This document shows positions 26,636 through 36,398 of a stretch of DNA of 43,168 nt, piece by piece. The stretch spans positions 1 to 43,168 of the IMG/VR virus record IMGVR_UViG_3300050162_000122, one strand, 5' to 3'. Origin of the DNA: a virus (taxonomy: Duplodnaviria; Caudoviricetes). The notes beneath the pieces are model-generated. The model was not told the origin of the DNA. It did no database searches and saw only the letters and a list, made by a program, of their open reading frames with translations. Within the stretch, counting starts at the first letter, position 1, and the number at the start of each line of letters is the position of its first letter. A program made the translations under genes and the position numbers.

Positions 26636-29112
26636 GATCCTGTGTATTTTTTGTTTAGGTGTGTTGTTGATCCTCTTCCGTCTCTAACTGTGACTCCGTC
26701 GTTACTTACATGCACATGTACCTCTTTCTGTTTTGGGATCCTGACATTATCAGCAACCGCTTTTCCAAGCTTGTCGTAATCGATCTGTTGTTTGTCAGAT
26801 CGCATCCATTTGCTATCAACATAAGGAAGTTCGGGGATATATGGGATATCAAACTTTTTAAATGTAGCTGAATCCATCTTAGCCCCATGAGGAACAATGG
26901 CAGCGCCATCAGGTACCCACATTGTTTCCGGGCCGACTTCACCAACTGTAGCCCAGTGTCCTTTTCCACCTGATTTCTTGCCTTTGGCATATTTGGGTAG
27001 GGGTTTAGCCATTACAGCAGCTGCTTGTGCTGCACCATTGGCAATTACAAAGGCCGTCAATAGTCCGGCTGATATTCCAAAGTCTACCTTTGGGACTTGC
27101 GCCCAGATGCTCAACACTGCCTGAGCCGTACTTAATCCGATATTAAACAAAGCCTGTTGTTTGTCAAGTTTAGCCTGTCTAACCTTAAGATCAAGTTGTT
27201 TTTTAGCAAGTTCTTTCTCTGAAATGTATTTTTTGTTGCTGTTTTTCTTAGCCTCATTGGCATCGGTAGTGTAGTAGTTGCTCATCATTTCTGACTCAGC
27301 AGACATTTGATCAGATTTTATCTGGAAGAATGCAGTACCTATGGTTGAAATCAAATTGGATGTTTCACTAATCAGTGCCATCTTCCTTCTTTCTGCTTTT
27401 TCCGTATTGGCCACGTCTTTATTATATTGATCCAGCCTGTTTTTCATATCATCTTCAATAACCTTACCTACCTTATCAGATGTTTGCTGATGTAGATCTA
27501 CAACTTTTTGTTGCGCAATCTGCTCGGCTGTCATAACGCTTGTATTCTTATCACTTAAAGCATCTAATGTGGTTAGTTTATCTATTTGATAAATCTTCTT
27601 ATTCCGACTTAGTGTCAACTCATCTCGCAAATCATTTTCGACCTTTGAATTGCCTTTTATTACAGATAGCTTGCGCTTAAAATCAACATTAATTTTAGCC
27701 TGCTCCTTGGCGTAACCTTCATCCATGTTTGCGATTCGAGTGTCTTCAAGCTCCTTCTCCATAGCCAGAAGCTCTCTATTTCTTTTCTCCTTGTCTTGTT
27801 TTGCTTTTTCATCTGCTTTTTTATTTGCATCAGTTATCGCTTGGGCATCTTCTAATTGGTATTTCTTTCTGAGTTCTACTAATTTGTTATCTGCATCTTC
27901 TCTTACCTTTTTTATTTCAGCTAATTTCTCTTTAGTGACTTCTATCTCGGAATCGCCATTTATATAGTCAATTCTCATTTTAGAGTACTTCTTAAATGCT
28001 ACATCGGCGTCAATATAGGCTTGTTCAGCATTAGATAATTCATGATGCCTTATCAGCTCTTTTGATTTACCCTGAGCCTTCATAAGCTCGATAGCATAAT
28101 CATTTGATTCAATTTCGGCGCTTGTTGAATTGAAAAAGTCATCAATGCTTTTGTTTAAATTTTCCTGAGCAATTCTTGTTTCATCTGCATTTTTAGTCCA
28201 TTGATATAACCCCACGCCTATTGCGGAAATAGCAGCAATGATCATTACCGCTGGAAATGCATATACAGCTGAATTTAAAGCCCATTGAGCGACTGTTGAA
28301 GCCCCCTTAGCTACCGTAGAACCTTCGGTGGCTGCCGTTTCAAGTATCGTATTTGCAGCCTGTATTTTTGATGCTGTGTAATTCTTAACCTTAGCAATAG
28401 TATTACTTTCCTCTAGTGCTGTTTTGATGACAACCATTGCCGCGCTGTCCTTATTCAGGGTGTTGGCGATCATCTGCACCCCATTTAGTATAGATAGAGC
28501 TGCTTGCACCTTTAAAAATGCCTTGGTTAATTGCTCGCTCTCTCCGCCGAATAAGGCAGCTGCCGATGTAGCTACTGTGAACGTTCCGGTCAGACCCTGT
28601 CCAACAGACATAGCGGCATCAAGGTTTTTTGTGTCACTGGATAAAATGCGAACACGTTGTCTGGTATCACCGATTTGATCTTCGAGTTGTCCAGCGGCAA
28701 CAGCCAGTTTAATAAACCCTTTGTCGGCAGGATCTATTCCTTCCATTTCCATTTTAGCAAGTTCTTGCTTCATCGCCCGGAGTTGAGTAACTAGCTTAGG
28801 AGTTTTGACAGCTCCATCTACAACAGTGTCATTGACGTTGGATAGTTTCTTACTAAAGTCTTCAAGTTGAGACTTTGTTTTCTTCAGGTCGTACTCCATT
28901 TGCGATTGCTGTTTTGTATAGCTGTCACGGAGTTTGTCCGCCGCCTTTGAGTTCTGACCCAGTAGGGCTATTTGCTTTTGATAGTCAGCCTGCATCTTAC
29001 GCATTTGAAGCTGAATATCCACCTCTCTATCTTTCATTGTCTGAAGCTCTGCATTAGCCTCAGACATATCACTCGTTGCCGTGATCTTAATAACTACATT
29101 CTTTTCACTCAT
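26629..29112 (-). CDS. Tape measure protein
   Basis: Long Ala-rich helical protein; AQWALNSA, hydrophobic segments and PKYAKG...VGEVGPE C-terminus. Confidence 0.82.
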   Translation of the reverse strand: MSEKNVVIKITATSDMSEANAELQTMKDREVDIQLQMRKMQADYQKQIALLGQNSKAADKLRDSYTKQQSQMEYDLKKTKSQLEDFSKKLSNVNDTVVDGAVKTPKLVTQLRAMKQELAKMEMEGIDPADKGFIKLAVAAGQLEDQIGDTRQRVRILSSDTKNLDAAMSVGQGLTGTFTVATSAAALFGGESEQLTKAFLKVQAALSILNGVQMIANTLNKDSAAMVVIKTALEESNTIAKVKNYTASKIQAANTILETAATEGSTVAKGASTVAQWALNSAVYAFPAVMIIAAISAIGVGLYQWTKNADETRIAQENLNKSIDDFFNSTSAEIESNDYAIELMKAQGKSKELIRHHELSNAEQAYIDADVAFKKYSKMRIDYINGDSEIEVTKEKLAEIKKVREDADNKLVELRKKYQLEDAQAITDANKKADEKAKQDKEKRNRELLAMEKELEDTRIANMDEGYAKEQAKINVDFKRKLSVIKGNSKVENDLRDELTLSRNKKIYQIDKLTTLDALSDKNTSVMTAEQIAQQKVVDLHQQTSDKVGKVIEDDMKNRLDQYNKDVANTEKAERRKMALISETSNLISTIGTAFFQIKSDQMSAESEMMSNYYTTDANEAKKNSNKKYISEKELAKKQLDLKVRQAKLDKQQALFNIGLSTAQAVLSIWAQVPKVDFGISAGLLTAFVIANGAAQAAAVMAKPLPKYAKGKKSGGKGHWATVGEVGPETMWVPDGAAIVPHGAKMDSATFKKFDIPYIPELPYVDSKWMRSDKQQIDYDKLGKAVADNVRIPKQKEVHVHVSNDGVTVRDGRGSTTHLNKKYTGSW

Positions 29113-29118
29113 GTCATT

Positions 29119-29448
29119 TTATTTATGAGTTTTTTGAGTCTTTTTATTGCGCTCAATCTCTTTGTTGCGCCGGTCGATGGCTTTGTTCAGTTTGAAAAGA
29201 AAATCATAGAAAGCAAGCCCCTTAAGGTTCTCAAGAACTCCACCACTTGCAATTTCTTTCCAATCATCAAAGCTATCTACTTGGTTTTGTAGTTGCACAA
29301 ACGGATAACTTCCGAATGAATTTCGTTTAGCTCTTTGTTTAGAGCCGAAAACGAACTTAAATCGACCTCTGCATTCTGCAAGAAGGGTATTAAGTCCATC
29401 AACGGCTTTTGAGAAAAAAAATCGGACGTCCCCCGATGTTTCTTCCAA
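29119..29448 (-). CDS. -1 frame extension of the tail assembly chaperone (gpGT-like)
   Basis: Overlaps the upstream ORF in the -1 frame and ends 6 nt before the TMP start. Confidence 0.55.
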   Translation of the reverse strand: MEETSGDVRFFFSKAVDGLNTLLAECRGRFKFVFGSKQRAKRNSFGSYPFVQLQNQVDSFDDWKEIASGGVLENLKGLAFYDFLFKLNKAIDRRNKEIERNKKTQKTHK

Positions 29449-29864
29449 TGCTCTATTTTCTTAGAGGAATAGTCCGATTCATATATGGCTGGATTCTCAT
29501 TCTTGTCAAAGAAGACGACTGAAGCAAGCTTATACAGCAGATCCACGTCGGTGATGAGCATTAGACGCTGTTTCATCTGCTCATTGAGCTGCTTTATTTT
29601 GAAAATGTCGATCTCATTGGATGATAAGATAGCATCAATAGCGCTCGTATGAAGTAGTAGGTAGTCCCTAGTGCAGCGCATGTCAAGCTCATTGTATATA
29701 GCTACAGCTGTCAATCCTCTCTCATAAGGCAAAGAGAATACATCAGAAAATTGGTAGTAGTCTATTCCTCCGCAGTTGAAAGCCCACTCGATTACATGTT
29801 CTGAAGTAGGGAAAACAGACTTAGCATCGCGCGCTTTCTGTCGTAGTTTTTTAAATAATTCCAT
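29277..29864 (-). CDS. Putative tail assembly chaperone (gpG-like)
   Basis: Helical protein upstream of the TMP; contains a T8 run. Confidence 0.55.
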   Translation of the reverse strand: MELFKKLRQKARDAKSVFPTSEHVIEWAFNCGGIDYYQFSDVFSLPYERGLTAVAIYNELDMRCTRDYLLLHTSAIDAILSSNEIDIFKIKQLNEQMKQRLMLITDVDLLYKLASVVFFDKNENPAIYESDYSSKKIEHWKKHRGTSDFFSQKPLMDLIPFLQNAEVDLSSFSALNKELNEIHSEVIRLCNYKTK

Positions 29865-30108
29865 TCTCTTTCAGTTTATCGGTTAGCTCTTCTTGTTTTC
29901 CTGTTGCAATCCTGGCATTTGATAGCCGGATCTCAAATCTCATTCGCTTTGGCTGAGTTTTTACCTCATATTTCTTCAATCCTACTGCCTTTGTCCATGT
30001 TTGATTGAGAGTACCACCGCAGGAACATTGATTAATCATTGTAAAACCTGCATTTTTTAGTATATCTTCCATTTTGCTGACACTTTGTTTTATCCGCTCG
30101 GTGAGCAA
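29851..30108 (-). CDS. Hypothetical protein
   Basis: ORF coupled to the downstream gene; CSCGG motif. Confidence 0.55.
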   Translation of the reverse strand: MLTERIKQSVSKMEDILKNAGFTMINQCSCGGTLNQTWTKAVGLKKYEVKTQPKRMRFEIRLSNARIATGKQEELTDKLKENGII

Positions 30109-30128
30109 TACTCACTTTACAGGTTGTT

Positions 30129-30422
30129 TTACTTTCTTTTTGTATCTTTTTGATAGGCTGTGAAGACTGTGTTTTCTTGCCAATTCCATACTCCACCCAG
30201 CTTTTTCTTTATCCGGCGCTTGGTTTCTTTCATCTGGGAGTTAGTGCCAATGAATACCTCATCCCCGGCAACAGCGACGAAGTAATCTTTATTGTTTCGA
30301 TCCCTTAGATATCGAGCCTGATCCTTTGCTTTTTCGATTCTCATTTTCATCTGAGCGCGTTTATTGTGCTTCAGGATCCATTTGATTGGCCACATAAAAG
30401 GCCATAAAAGTATTTTAATCAT
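30129..30422 (-). CDS. Basic hypothetical protein
   Basis: Coupled ORF. Confidence 0.6.
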   Translation of the reverse strand: MIKILLWPFMWPIKWILKHNKRAQMKMRIEKAKDQARYLRDRNNKDYFVAVAGDEVFIGTNSQMKETKRRIKKKLGGVWNWQENTVFTAYQKDTKRK

Positions 30423-30717
30423 AAAGTCTGTTTATTAGTCCCGAAATGATGGTATTTATTCCTATCACCTCAAGCATTGTTATAATGATGTTTAATTCCC
30501 ATTGATAGATTATAGGGCAGAGTATAAGCGTCCAGATTCCACCCATACAGATAAGGCATTCAAATAGTGGTTTCTTTACTTTTAAAGCAGCATTGGGAGT
30601 GAGTATATCATCTATGATATTTGATAGCCATACACGAACAAATGAGAATATCATTCCCTCCCACATACTAACATGGATGGCTGTAATAATCAGTGAAATA
30701 GTTATCGCTCTTTCCAT
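30415..30717 (-). CDS. Membrane protein with CxxC (DUF1360-like)
   Basis: Hydrophobic; KPLFECLICMGGIW. Confidence 0.6.
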   Translation of the reverse strand: MERAITISLIITAIHVSMWEGMIFSFVRVWLSNIIDDILTPNAALKVKKPLFECLICMGGIWTLILCPIIYQWELNIIITMLEVIGINTIISGLINRLYD

Positions 30718-31982
30718 TTGATAAAGTTTTTGTGATACCTGTTTAAGTAATATCTGAAGCAGTCAAGCGCATCAGCTTGTTGGTTTATGTCGTCACGGTT
30801 TCCTTTTTTAATGGTTCCGTCAGCATTCATCTTTACGAACTTGCAGTCTCGAATAAGATTTGCGGCTCCTTTAGGATCTATCTCTATTGGATAATGCTCA
30901 AGAATAGCATTCACAAGCACCTGGTTATCTTCTAGCCGTGGGTTACTTGCCAGATGCTGCATTTGATTCTTACTTAGATTTAGCTCTAGCTTTATTACAT
31001 CGAAATTATTTAGATTATCCTTTTGTAAAGTGCTATTATTTGCACCGGAAGCGTCGCCTGTAACCAAGAAATTACCAGATGGATATTTGTTTCTTATAGT
31101 CTCACATAGCTTGTATATGTTCGAGTTTTCCAACTGAATTACTTCCGGGATTCTAATTGTGTCAGCCTTATTTTCTTCTACCCAATAATGTTGTGTTACC
31201 TGGCAGCTGATTGGGTTGACATTGAAGTCAAAGCTCAGATAAGTAATCTCATTCGGATTCCACGTACATGATTTTACATGTTTCTTTTCATCAAAAGCGT
31301 AACAGAATTTATCCGCTGCGTTCGCAAATGGTATTCCGTAGTACAGCTCGAGAAATATTCCTGTTGGGAGCGTCCTCCTTGCTTCATCTACTACATCCTG
31401 AGTCATTATGCCGGCTGCTATTGCATCGTCAGCGGTTATTCGATAGTACGTCCAGTTTGGTTTGTTGCCACCTTCAGACTCTCTGGCTAATGGGTAAACC
31501 CAGTTGTCAGTTCCTTTTACGTTTCCGATGATCTTACATTTTCCTGCCGTTGCCGTCAATGTGGAGAATACCGCAAACCATGAATCTTGCTTCATACGGG
31601 TTGCTTCGTCAAGAACTACCGCCTTTACATCTTCACCGTAAAGAGAGTCTGGGTTATCGGATCCCTTAAAGAAGATCGTGCCCCCAGTGATTAATCGAAT
31701 TGTCAACTCACTCTCATTGGCTGTATAAAGAGATTTATTCGTAATATATCTCTTCATACGCCTAAAAGCTATCTTAGCAACCGGATGAATAGGAGCTACC
31801 CACCAGTAGTTATCCCCCTCTTTGCCCTGTAAAGCTTGCTCGAATAGCCAAACGATGCAACCTACCGTCTTGCCAGCCTTTGTGGTAGCTTCGACTATAG
31901 AAAATCGAGAAGGGGAGTCAATAAACTCTACCTGCTTTCTGTAGTTTCTGATTGATTGAGGTCGTTTGTATGCTATTTTCAT
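30702..31982 (-). CDS. terL: Terminase large subunit
   Basis: Walker A ATTKAGKT, Walker B VVLDEA, nuclease SFDFN...GDAS...DALDCFRY. Confidence 0.93.
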   Translation of the reverse strand: MKIAYKRPQSIRNYRKQVEFIDSPSRFSIVEATTKAGKTVGCIVWLFEQALQGKEGDNYWWVAPIHPVAKIAFRRMKRYITNKSLYTANESELTIRLITGGTIFFKGSDNPDSLYGEDVKAVVLDEATRMKQDSWFAVFSTLTATAGKCKIIGNVKGTDNWVYPLARESEGGNKPNWTYYRITADDAIAAGIMTQDVVDEARRTLPTGIFLELYYGIPFANAADKFCYAFDEKKHVKSCTWNPNEITYLSFDFNVNPISCQVTQHYWVEENKADTIRIPEVIQLENSNIYKLCETIRNKYPSGNFLVTGDASGANNSTLQKDNLNNFDVIKLELNLSKNQMQHLASNPRLEDNQVLVNAILEHYPIEIDPKGAANLIRDCKFVKMNADGTIKKGNRDDINQQADALDCFRYYLNRYHKNFIKWKER

Positions 31983-32063
31983 AATTTTATTGAGTTGTGT
32001 TGCTTGGTTTTAGCAACTATTCAGCCCCTTCCCTCAACTTTGTAAAGTACAACTCCAATATTT

Positions 32064-32591
32064 TTAAATTTCTAATGTAACCTCGATTTCTCCAGATGCT
32101 TGAACCTCTTTCTTGTCAGCAAGTCCGAGATCCCGGGCAATAATGTTTGGATTCAAGAACCCAGCAGCAGCGCCAGAGAACTTTTGCTCATAAATTGTTT
32201 CTTCAATACGTGTGACGATCTCGCAAAAATCTTTAGAAAGCTGATCTTCTTTATCTTGCTGTCTTTTCTTGAATGCATTGAAAAAGTCTGTATTGCAGTT
32301 CAAATACCTGCATAACCCTTGCATCGTGTAGGGTCTCATTTTGGGCAATGAGATTGTATCCTGGTTTCCTGACAATATCTTTTCGAGTCCATCAATATCA
32401 GTATCTTTCCCTATTTTAATAGATGTACTTCCTTTCTTCTGTTCAACTTCCATGAATGGATTTGCATCTACCCATTCAAAGTACTCACAAGCTGCTTTCC
32501 ACATCAATTGAGGTGTTTCAAACAGCTTATCTCTTCCGTGTTTTGATCTCAGTTTCCAAAACTGATTTCCTTTTGGTGCTCCTTTACTCAT
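32064..32591 (-). CDS. terS: Terminase small subunit, P22 gp3 family
   Basis: APKGNQFWKLRSKHGR...YEQKFSGAAAGFLNPNIIARDLGLADK. Confidence 0.93.
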   Translation of the reverse strand: MSKGAPKGNQFWKLRSKHGRDKLFETPQLMWKAACEYFEWVDANPFMEVEQKKGSTSIKIGKDTDIDGLEKILSGNQDTISLPKMRPYTMQGLCRYLNCNTDFFNAFKKRQQDKEDQLSKDFCEIVTRIEETIYEQKFSGAAAGFLNPNIIARDLGLADKKEVQASGEIEVTLEI

Positions 32592-32601
32592 AATGGTAAA
32601 A

Positions 32602-32666
32602 TTTATGCTGCAAATATACTCATTTTGAACAAAAAGTATTCATTTTGAGTATATTTGCAGCATAAA
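32602..32666. promoter_or_regulatory. 47-bp bidirectional promoter element, copy 2, inside a perfect 21-bp inverted repeat
   Basis: Arms at 32602-32622 and 32646-32666; TATATTTG on both strands. Confidence 0.8.
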
Positions 32667-32672
32667 AAAAGT

Positions 32673-33017
32673 TTAAATCTGTTCGCCTGTGATTACATCG
32701 AATTTTTTAATATCTCCCCAATCCATTAATTGCCCTTTCAATTTGCACGTATCACTATCTTCTGAAGATTCGTGATAAGGACATTCTAAATTGCAGGTTT
32801 TCGACTCAACTACATCTTCCAACTCAGTACACCAAGTCATTTCACCATCTGTACAAGGTATAGCCTCAAATAGTTCGATCTCTTTCAAGTCGTCAGCTTT
32901 AGCATTTTCGATATGATGACTGAGAGGATAACAGTGCTCTGAATCTTCACTTTCGAAATACAATTGTTCTTTAATTTGATCTTTGCTCATATTGTCCAAT
33001 TTTATAAAGCAATTCAT
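32673..33017 (-). CDS. Acidic Cys-rich hypothetical protein
   Basis: Last early gene. Confidence 0.65.
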   Translation of the reverse strand: MNCFIKLDNMSKDQIKEQLYFESEDSEHCYPLSHHIENAKADDLKEIELFEAIPCTDGEMTWCTELEDVVESKTCNLECPYHESSEDSDTCKLKGQLMDWGDIKKFDVITGEQI

Positions 33018-33304
33018 CCCTTAGTTGCTTTAGTTTTTTATTCTGTTCCTGAAGTCTTTGATTTAAAATCTTTATGTTTTTGTAAGACTCTTCCTTTTTT
33101 ACTTCAGATCTCACCTGTCGGTTCAATTCTTTATCTACATTCACCTGGTTCAACTCATACGCCAAATGTTCAATTTCTGACTTCAGTTTACCTATTTCAA
33201 CTATCCTTTTCGGATAGTTGCTTGTTTAGATGCTGAATAAGTTCGTCCTTGGTATATTTTCTATGAAGCTTTATGACAGCTCGCTCAATATAGTCTTCTT
33301 TCAT
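32971..33304 (-). pseudogene. Coiled-coil gene split by a +1 frameshift near 33200
   Basis: MKEDY...LSEKD stops at AGT TGA while the +1 frame continues VEIGKLKSEIEHLAYELN. Confidence 0.6.
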
Positions 33305-33429
33305 AGCTTTGTATTTGTAATTACAAGTATAAATAGGATTATTGCACCTATCACCGTATCTTTCAATAAGAGCTTTTTTTATTCTGGCTAGTTCCCTATT
33401 TTTGAATGCTTGCTTGTCTGACACTTGTT

Positions 33430-33744
33430 TCATTTTGAAATATCCCTTTGTTTTAGAAACTCCTGAAATATCTCCCCTGAACTCAAGACAATCATGATTC
33501 CTCGCTTTGTTACATCAGTCCATTCGTTTTGATTATTGAATGACGGCACAAATGGACATTCTGAGGTTGCCACCCATTCAGCAAATTCAATGGAGATGTC
33601 TTGGATTTCTTTTTCCTTCCATTCGGCACCAGCTTCAAATACCGGCACAACTAAATCCCTTTCTGATTGAGTGAGGGAATTATAAAATTCCCTGTCAGAG
33701 TACAAATAATCTTTTGCGGCTTCTTTGTTAGTTTGATTTTCCAT
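33430..33744 (-). CDS. Hypothetical phage protein
   Basis: FEAGAEW and IEFAEW motifs common in phage accessory ORFs. Confidence 0.7.
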   Translation of the reverse strand: MENQTNKEAAKDYLYSDREFYNSLTQSERDLVVPVFEAGAEWKEKEIQDISIEFAEWVATSECPFVPSFNNQNEWTDVTKRGIMIVLSSGEIFQEFLKQRDISK

Positions 33745-33747
33745 AAC

Positions 33748-34038
33748 TCAAAAATTCAATTCTGTTTGACCTTTAATCTTACGCCTTTTGGGCGTTTTTC
33801 TCTCTGTTTGCATATATTGACACTCAGCTTGCCGAACGGCTTCATACGACTTTACATTTACTTCATCAAGTCCGGCAGATTGCGCTTGTATGTCACGATC
33901 AATCGAGCAACGGAAAGCGGTGTAGTCGCCTGTCTTTTCGTTCAGGTGACTGGCATTAATGCACCGGACGCAGTTGCGATCCTGCCAGATCATCATTTCA
34001 GTTCCGTTACTGAACAGGGGTTCGGTGGTTGTTTTCAT
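33748..34038 (-). CDS. Cys-containing hypothetical protein
   Basis: FSNGTEMMIWQDRNCVRC. Confidence 0.7.
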   Translation of the reverse strand: MKTTTEPLFSNGTEMMIWQDRNCVRCINASHLNEKTGDYTAFRCSIDRDIQAQSAGLDEVNVKSYEAVRQAECQYMQTERKTPKRRKIKGQTELNF

Positions 34039-34306
34039 CTTTGATTTGCTTTATAACTTCCTCTAATTTTTCCTTCCTTCCCTTCCGTTCAGAATCAATC
34101 TGAATAAAAGCCACTCCGATAATGATCAGGATCCAGCCGATTGCAAAGTATGGTCGGCCAAATGTGATCTTAAACGGGTTAAACTCGATCGATACCTGAG
34201 CAAGAAATAACATGATCAGGATAAGTAATGCCAGTGTGATAAGTGTTGTTTTCATACAACTTTCTTTAGGAATTGTTTCTTTTGTTCTGGGGTCATCATC
34301 ATCCAT
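34007..34306 (-). CDS. Membrane protein with 2 TM helices (likely start MKTTLI)
   Basis: Two hydrophobic segments. Confidence 0.65.
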   Translation of the reverse strand: MDDDDPRTKETIPKESCMKTTLITLALLILIMLFLAQVSIEFNPFKITFGRPYFAIGWILIIIGVAFIQIDSERKGRKEKLEEVIKQIKDENNHRTPVQ

Positions 34307-34464
34307 GTTGGAGGCTGATTTGATACCTTAACCGAAACTTTATTTTGAGCTACTTCATTTTGTTTGGCTATCACAAGCAAAGCCTCGGCATTTCCGTTTT
34401 CATATGTAGCGTGCTTCTTTGGCTTTGGCGCTCCGTCGGCTTGACTTACATCCTTTTTTCTCAT
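34252..34464 (-). CDS. Hypothetical protein
   Basis: TAATG coupling to the methyltransferase gene. Confidence 0.55.
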   Translation of the reverse strand: MRKKDVSQADGAPKPKKHATYENGNAEALLVIAKQNEVAQNKVSVKVSNQPPTWMMMTPEQKKQFLKKVV

Positions 34465-36398
34465 TATACTGCTATTTTATTTTGTTTGTGCAATCCATTT
34501 ACAGTCGCCCGGCACAGTACTCTTGCCATAGTCACCTCCACGGCATTACCGATAAATTTCTTTTGATCCGCTTGAGTCCCGATAAGCTTATAATCCTTTG
34601 GGAATCCCATTATCATTTTCAATTCAGGGATTTTCAGCATTCTCATTTTTATATCAATAATTCCGTACATGCACATGAATTCTTTGATGAGAATCATTTG
34701 TTTTGAATCGGTTTCGAAGATTATAATCTGAACTTCTCCACTTTCAGCCTGAACCAAATAAGGTGGCATTTTGTCCATTCGTGCTATCAGAGTAAACGAT
34801 GGAGAATCAACCGATCCACCTGCATTCATATACTGCGGATTCATGAGGTAATGCCATTTTCGATTTGCTGTTATAACCTGCGAAGGCTCGTTTACTGAGC
34901 TTCCAATATTTCCGAAATTGGTATTCATTATCCACGGAGTAATCAGATTTGCCTTTGGAGTCGTAGTGACAGCTGGGCACGGTTTATTGATATCCGAGTG
35001 CTGTCCACCACCAGAATACTGATTCATGATAAATTGATTACAACTTACCAAATTGTATTTTGGATTGGCCGTTAAAGCTCCAAGTGGTTTTTCGGTTGAA
35101 GCAGGTTTCGATTGCCCAAATTGCTGGTCAATAAATTTTGGATTCACAATAGAAAGTCTATCCTTTGTTGTAACTGTAGGGCTTGGATTATCAACTGAAC
35201 TTACATTATCTCCATTGCCGTAGTATGCAGAAATGAATTTGCAATTTACGAGCGAATGATGGTCCTTTGTTGTTATCGATCCGACAGGACTATCGGTCGA
35301 TATATTCTTACTTTCCGGATGTCCTGAAAAGTATTTAGATACGAACACTTTTGCAAACCTGTTATTCGTAGTAAGTACTCCACAAGGTTCTTCTACAGAT
35401 AAATTTCTGTGGTCTGGATTTCCCGAATTATATCGAGATAAAAAATCAACACTACAAACTTGCAATCGACCCTGAGTACTGATAGTTGGGCATGGAGAAT
35501 CAACACCTGGAGCGTTATATCTTCCATTTTGCCCCATTGAATTGTACTTCAATAAAAACTTATCTTTACCACCTGCAACGAATTTTACCAATCCGGCATA
35601 AATACGCTCCAGTGTTTTATCTGAAAGCTGTTTTTTTCGGTCAAATATTGAAACTCCTTCATCTGTAAAGTCAAGTACATCTCTGACTGGTTTCCATTTC
35701 TTGAATTCATCAAACAACCCTACTGATCCACCCTTGCAATGAGTAGGTTCTGGCCATGAAATTGGAAGTTCTGGTTTTGCAAATTGTAAGAATAATCGTT
35801 TTCGTGATGTATAAGCTCCAAAATCAGCAGAATTCAATATCCTGAAGTCTGTATGATATCCAAGATCACAAACCGAACTTACAAATTTCATATAGTCTGT
35901 TCCGTTGTACTTCGAGATTGGCTTTCCGTTTTCATCCATTTCACCCCAGCTCATGAACTCTTCAACATTCTCAATGTGTATGTAGTCAGGATTTAATGCT
36001 TGGATGTAACCAACTCCATCAAAATACTTATTTTCGGATGAATCATAATGTCTGAATAGCGAATAAGCTAATGTTCTGCTATCGGCATCTCTTGACTGAC
36101 CTCCTTTTGCTTTACTGAAATTCGTACACTCTAGCGAAGCCCACAACACAAGCTTTGCATCCGGATGCTGAAGTTTCATAAATTCAACATGAGCTTTTAA
36201 TTTCGTTAGATCAAGTGTTCTTACATCTTCAACAAAATGTAAAGCTTCAGGATGATTTGCTGCATGACTGGCGATTGCATTTTTATCGTGATTGACGCAA
36301 GCGATAACCTTTGCAACTCCGCTTGTTTCGACCCCTGTTGAAGTACCTCCAGCGCCTGAAAACAAATCAACATATAAAAGCTTAATATCCTCTTTCAT
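34464..36398 (-). CDS. DNA cytosine-C5 methyltransferase with a repeat-expanded variable region
   Basis: DLFSGAGG (I), SLECTNFS (IV), IENVEEF (VI), TSRKRLF (VIII), IGNAV (X). Confidence 0.92.
   Translation of the reverse strand: MKEDIKLLYVDLFSGAGGTSTGVETSGVAKVIACVNHDKNAIASHAANHPEALHFVEDVRTLDLTKLKAHVEFMKLQHPDAKLVLWASLECTNFSKAKGGQSRDADSRTLAYSLFRHYDSSENKYFDGVGYIQALNPDYIHIENVEEFMSWGEMDENGKPISKYNGTDYMKFVSSVCDLGYHTDFRILNSADFGAYTSRKRLFLQFAKPELPISWPEPTHCKGGSVGLFDEFKKWKPVRDVLDFTDEGVSIFDRKKQLSDKTLERIYAGLVKFVAGGKDKFLLKYNSMGQNGRYNAPGVDSPCPTISTQGRLQVCSVDFLSRYNSGNPDHRNLSVEEPCGVLTTNNRFAKVFVSKYFSGHPESKNISTDSPVGSITTKDHHSLVNCKFISAYYGNGDNVSSVDNPSPTVTTKDRLSIVNPKFIDQQFGQSKPASTEKPLGALTANPKYNLVSCNQFIMNQYSGGGQHSDINKPCPAVTTTPKANLITPWIMNTNFGNIGSSVNEPSQVITANRKWHYLMNPQYMNAGGSVDSPSFTLIARMDKMPPYLVQAESGEVQIIIFETDSKQMILIKEFMCMYGIIDIKMRMLKIPELKMIMGFPKDYKLIGTQADQKKFIGNAVEVTMARVLCRATVNGLHKQNKIAV

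Noticed and set aside
33197-33199. Stop-codon reassignment (alternative genetic code)
   Set aside because: Long genes are intact in code 11; this break is a frame change, not an in-frame stop.
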